64,000 bases of DNA, taken from the NCBI GenBank assembly GCA_000182565.2, contig KQ257454.1. One strand, given 5' to 3'. The position numbers and the translations under genes are program-made. The notes under the pieces are model-generated. The model saw only the letters and a list, made by a program, of their open reading frames with translations. It was not told the DNA's origin and searched no databases. The DNA comes from Spizellomyces punctatus DAOM BR117. Its lineage: Eukaryota. This document shows, piece by piece, positions 59,967 to 64,000 of this stretch (position 1 is the first letter of the stretch; each line of letters starts with the position of its first letter).

Positions 59967-60493
59967 TTGAAGACAATTCCGATAGCACACTCCGTAATAT
60001 GTACAATCCAATTATCGTGCTAAGGACTCCCTTACAACTACGTACGTCGTGAGATGGAAAGTTCCGTTGACATTAGCTGTTGTTCAAATTGTTTGGCTTT
60101 CAATGCTCGTAGCTCGAAAGGCGCTGAACCAACGCTGGGGTCGGCCTTTGCAACCCTCACGCGTCCTTACTAAGCCTCCTCATCCGGCACGTGATCATAT
60201 GCATGTCATGGCGGCCTTCATGGCGGATGACAGCGTCGGAATACGGACGGCCACGACGATTTCCGTCAAAACCCTTGAAATATCAGCCTGAACGCTGTGC
60301 ACTTACTTTTGCGCACGGCGTAACGTCGATACAGCCGGGCAGCGCTTATTCGAGTTGATAACGTCAAAGTGGATTGTCGTCAATCACGTGACCAGCCACC
60401 GCGTCCCCCTTCGATGATGGGAGCCTCGACAGCTGGTATGGCGGTTTGTAAATCGGCCATCTTTCACGTTTTACGCACACGTACAATTTACAA

Positions 60494-63266
60494 ATGGTAA
60501 GCATGAGGGGTCTGGGAATAGGAGATTATCATGATATCAACCTTGTGGACTCGGCGGACAACATGTGAAGACGTGGGATTCGTTTTGATGGATTGCAAAG
60601 AAAACCACACCAATTCAATCATCCTGCATCTTCTGCTGCCGCGTTCAGCTCACCAAATTCCCAACTCTACAGGCTGGAGCACTAGAAAATGCACAAAAGA
60701 TTCCCAAAATTCGGGATACCGAAGAGGAGAGCGCTTTCGGTTATGTCTACTCGGTGTCAGGTCCTGGTGAGTTCACACGAGGCAGTTTACGCGCAGTATC
60801 CCCTACCAGCAGTCAATGACACAAACCATCAAAGTGGTCGTGGCGGAGCAAATGATTGGGTGCGCTATGTTTGAATTGGTATGTACCAACTGGTGGTCGT
60901 AAGATTGTGGAGATGGTAGGCGTCCTCATATTGCTGGTCGCAGGTTCGCGTCGGACACTACGAATTGGTGGGAGAGGTGATTCGTATCGACGGTGATAAG
61001 GCTACCATTCAAGTGTACGAGGAGACATGTGGGTCTTGTGTAGGGTGATATTCTACATGATTAACGACGAATATTAATCTTTCCATTGCTAGCTGGAGTC
61101 ACTGTTGGTGACCCGGTGTTAAAGACACGAAAGCCATTGTCGGTGGAGCTGGGACCTGGTATGTGGAACAGGAACGGTTTTGAAGCGGGGCTATAAACCT
61201 AATTTATGGAACAGGAATCTGCAATAACATCTTTGACGGAATCCAGCGGCCATTGCAAGCTATTCAGGATGTGTCTCAAAGCATTTATATTCCCCGCGGG
61301 ATCAGCACTCCCGCACTTAATAAATCTCTTACTTGGGATTTCGAGCCTGTCAACTTCAAAGTGAGGAATATGTGATGGACTATATCTTCGACGAGTTGTT
61401 TGACCTTAGTGACAGGTCGGCGACCACATAACTGGGGGCGACATCTACGGAAAAGTTTACGAAAACAGTTTCATCACCAACCACGCTATTATGCTGCCTC
61501 CGAAAGCGGCAGGGACAATCACTTACATTGCCCCGAAGGGTCAATATGACTTGAACGTGAGCGACTGACGGGAGTTGCGCATTCATGGTTAGACGTAGGC
61601 TCATTTGACTCTCGTTAGCAAACTGTGTTGGAGACGGATTTCAACGGAGAGAAGACAAAGTACACAATGTTACAGACATGGCCTGTTCGAACTCCACGTC
61701 CCGTAACCGACAAGTTGGCTGCTGATTACCCGTTGCTCACTGGACAGCGAGTGCTCGATGCGCTTTTCCCGTGAGTATTGACCATTTGCGATCCCGTTCA
61801 GCATCAAAATAACGGTTGTTTTTGTGCAGATGCGTACAAGGGGGTACCACGGCCATCCCGGGCGCCTTCGGCTGTGGTAAAACCGTCATTTCCCAGGCTC
61901 TGTCCAAGTACTCAAACTCGGACGTCATTATTTACGTTGGATGTGGTGAGCGTGGAAACGAGATGGCTGAAGTCCTGATGGATTTCCCTGAGGTATTATC
62001 CTGTACCATGGACGTAAACGTAATAGGAACCTTAACTGCTGCACACTTTAGCTTTCCATCGAAGTGGACGGGAGGCAGGAGCCTATTATGAAGCGTACCA
62101 CACTTGTTGCCAACACTTCCAACATGCCTGTGGCAGCACGTGAGGCGTCGATTTACACCGGAATCACTCTTTCAGAGTATTTCCGTGATCAGGGTAAAAA
62201 CGTGGCCATGATGGCAGACTCAACATCTCGATGGGCTGAAGCGCTTCGTGAAATCTCTGGTCGTCTGGCTGAAATGCCTGCGGGTAAGGACCTAGTTGCT
62301 GTTGACACGTACAACACATTGCCTAATTTACGTTCTTTGCTGTTTACTAGACAGTGGATACCCCGCCTATTTGGGTGCTAAGCTTGCCTCGTTCTACGAG
62401 CGTGCCGGAAAGGTTGTGTGTCTTGGTAACCCGCAAAGGCAGGGTTCCGTCAGTATTGTGGGCGCGTATGTACTGCTTTCCAGCTGTATTTGCTGACGTG
62501 AGCTTACCATTGAATAATTCCAGCGTATCTCCCCCTGGAGGAGATTTCTCAGATCCTGTCACGCTCGCCACGCTCAGCATCGTGCAAGTTTTCTGGGGTT
62601 TAGATAAGAAGCTGGCTCAGCGCAAGCATTTCCCGTCTGTCAACTGGTCTGTCAGTTACTCAAAGTACATGAAGGCGTTGGACCCGTACTACGAACGCTT
62701 TGACCCAGAGTTTGTGAGCATCCGAACAAAGGCAAAAGAAGTCCTCCAGTCTGAGGAGGACTTGTCAGAAATTGTGCAACTCGTCGGAAAGGTGTGATCA
62801 TTGTGAATACTACATTTTTCCTGTCAATGACACGTTCTGATCGAATTGGTTTACAGAGTGCCCTCGCAGAGTCCGACAAGATCACTTTGGAGGTGGCCAA
62901 GCTTTTAAAGGACGACTTCCTCCAACAAAACGGATACTCCAACTACGATCGGTACTGTCCGTTCTACAAGACGGTCGGTATCTTGCGCAATATGATGTCC
63001 TTTTACGATTTGGCACGGCATACGGTAGAGGCTTCATCGAACCAAATCACTTGGGCAAAGATCCGTGAGCAAATGGGTGACATTATTTACAAGTTGAGCT
63101 CAATGAAGTTTGAGGTACGAAATGATGTGCGTCTTTCTTGTGAATTCAATTTTACAAATGCATTCTGTATATGTAGGACCCTGTTGATGGAGAGGAGGCT
63201 ATCAAGGAGCGGTACGCAAAATTGAACAAGGAGATGGAAGAGCGCTTTAGGAGTCTGTTGGACTAG
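60494..63266 (+). CDS. VMA1: V-ATPase catalytic subunit A (no intein)
   Basis: ATG-only first coding exon, then AGALENA...[68 protein letters not shown]. Confidence 0.98.
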
Positions 63267-63550
63267 ACGCTTCTCATCTCTTGGTATAGGAAGGAAAATA
63301 TTAGAATTTGTAACATCCGCTTCCGAATACAAAGACCGTATTTGTTAAACAAAAATCATGTCCAATCTCAACATCTATAGCCTTTCATGATAAAAAAAAA
63401 GAAGAAAATTGCAATGCTAAAGCGTCTGAAATATGAGAATCTACCCCTTGCACCCCATTGTGCTTTGCTACCCAACGCGTCCCCCAGCTATCCACCCAGC
63501 CGTAAACTACAATGGACACCATACAATGGCTACCAGCGCCTCTTACAGCT

Positions 63551-64000
63551 TTACCAACCGCGTTTGGCAAACTTTTGTTCCTCTGGCAACAAATCGCAGT
63601 TGATACCAACCATCGCCTCCCCCAAGTCTTCCGATACAGATGCCAAAACAGCAGGGTCATTGTAGTGGGTGACAGCCTGGACAATGGCCCTGGCCCGCTT
63701 GGCAGGGTCGCCCGACTTGAAGATGCCAGAGCCCACAAACACACCGTCCATGCCCAAGTGCATCATCATGGCAGCATCGGCGGGAGTTGCAACACCACCG
63801 GCGGCAAAGTTGACGACGGGCAAACGGCCCAATCGTGCGGTTTCTTTAAGAAGGTTGTAAGGGGCCTGGATTTCCTTTGCGTAAACGTAGAGCTCCTCCT
63901 CCGCCATGGCTTGGACTTTCCGGATCTCTCCCATAAGCTGACGTGCGTGTCGTACAGCTTCAACAACGTTACCCGTTCCAGCCTCTCCTTTTGTCCGGAT
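63551..64000 (-). CDS. PDX1: Pyridoxal 5'-phosphate synthase subunit Pdx1/Snz (3' part; 5' end outside window)
   Basis: [60 protein letters not shown]. Confidence 0.97.
   Translation of the reverse strand: MRTKGEAGTGNVVEAVRHARQLMGEIRKVQAMAEEELYVYAKEIQAPYNLLKETARLGRLPVVNFAAGGVATPADAAMMMHLGMDGVFVGSGIFKSGDPAKRARAIVQAVTHYNDPAVLASVSEDLGEAMVGINCDLLPEEQKFAKRGW

Noticed and set aside
61930-61965. VMA1 intein (VDE/PI-SceI) insertion site
   Set aside because: [11 protein letters not shown] is continuous; there is no intein or homing endonuclease.
1-64000. Mobile elements, CRISPR arrays, tRNA/rRNA, or a horizontally acquired island
   Set aside because: No transposase, RT or integrase motifs, terminal repeats, spacer arrays or cloverleafs were seen; the window is almost fully explained by host genes.

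Overview
Eukaryotic, gene-dense, intron-rich fungal DNA. Most introns are short (about 50-70 nt) GT-AG introns, and intergenic gaps are often under 500 nt. Two putative centriole genes (LRRCC1/VFL1-like, TALPID3-like) and an SMG9 homologue point to an early-diverging flagellated fungus, most likely a chytrid; this is inference. I read 28 protein-coding genes and one U1 snRNA, in order: LRRCC1-like (partial), TPR/F-box/LRR (Dia2/Pof3-like), TALPID3-like, CDC7, PIN4, peroxisomal enoyl-CoA isomerase, a divergent histone H4, aspartokinase, RPS13, SKI3, CYM1, Sds3-family, SWF1-like DHHC, KEX2, GPI11, NDUFS2, SMG9, PSMG4, RNF4-like STUbL, FAM210/DUF1279, thioredoxin reductase, SAP30BP/HCNGP, U1 snRNA, MRPL31, ETR1, TBP, SPT7, VMA1 and PDX1 (partial). 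No mobile elements, CRISPR arrays, tRNAs or rRNA were seen. The standout is a solitary 127-aa histone H4 variant with a 24-aa tail insertion and loss of K5, K12 and K20. Also notable are a long, multi-hairpin last intron in RPS13, 10-17-nt microexons (one carrying the DHHC catalytic motif), a nested tandem duplication in the TALPID3-like gene, and recurring promoter motifs. All gene calls come from motif recognition and hand splicing, not database searches.
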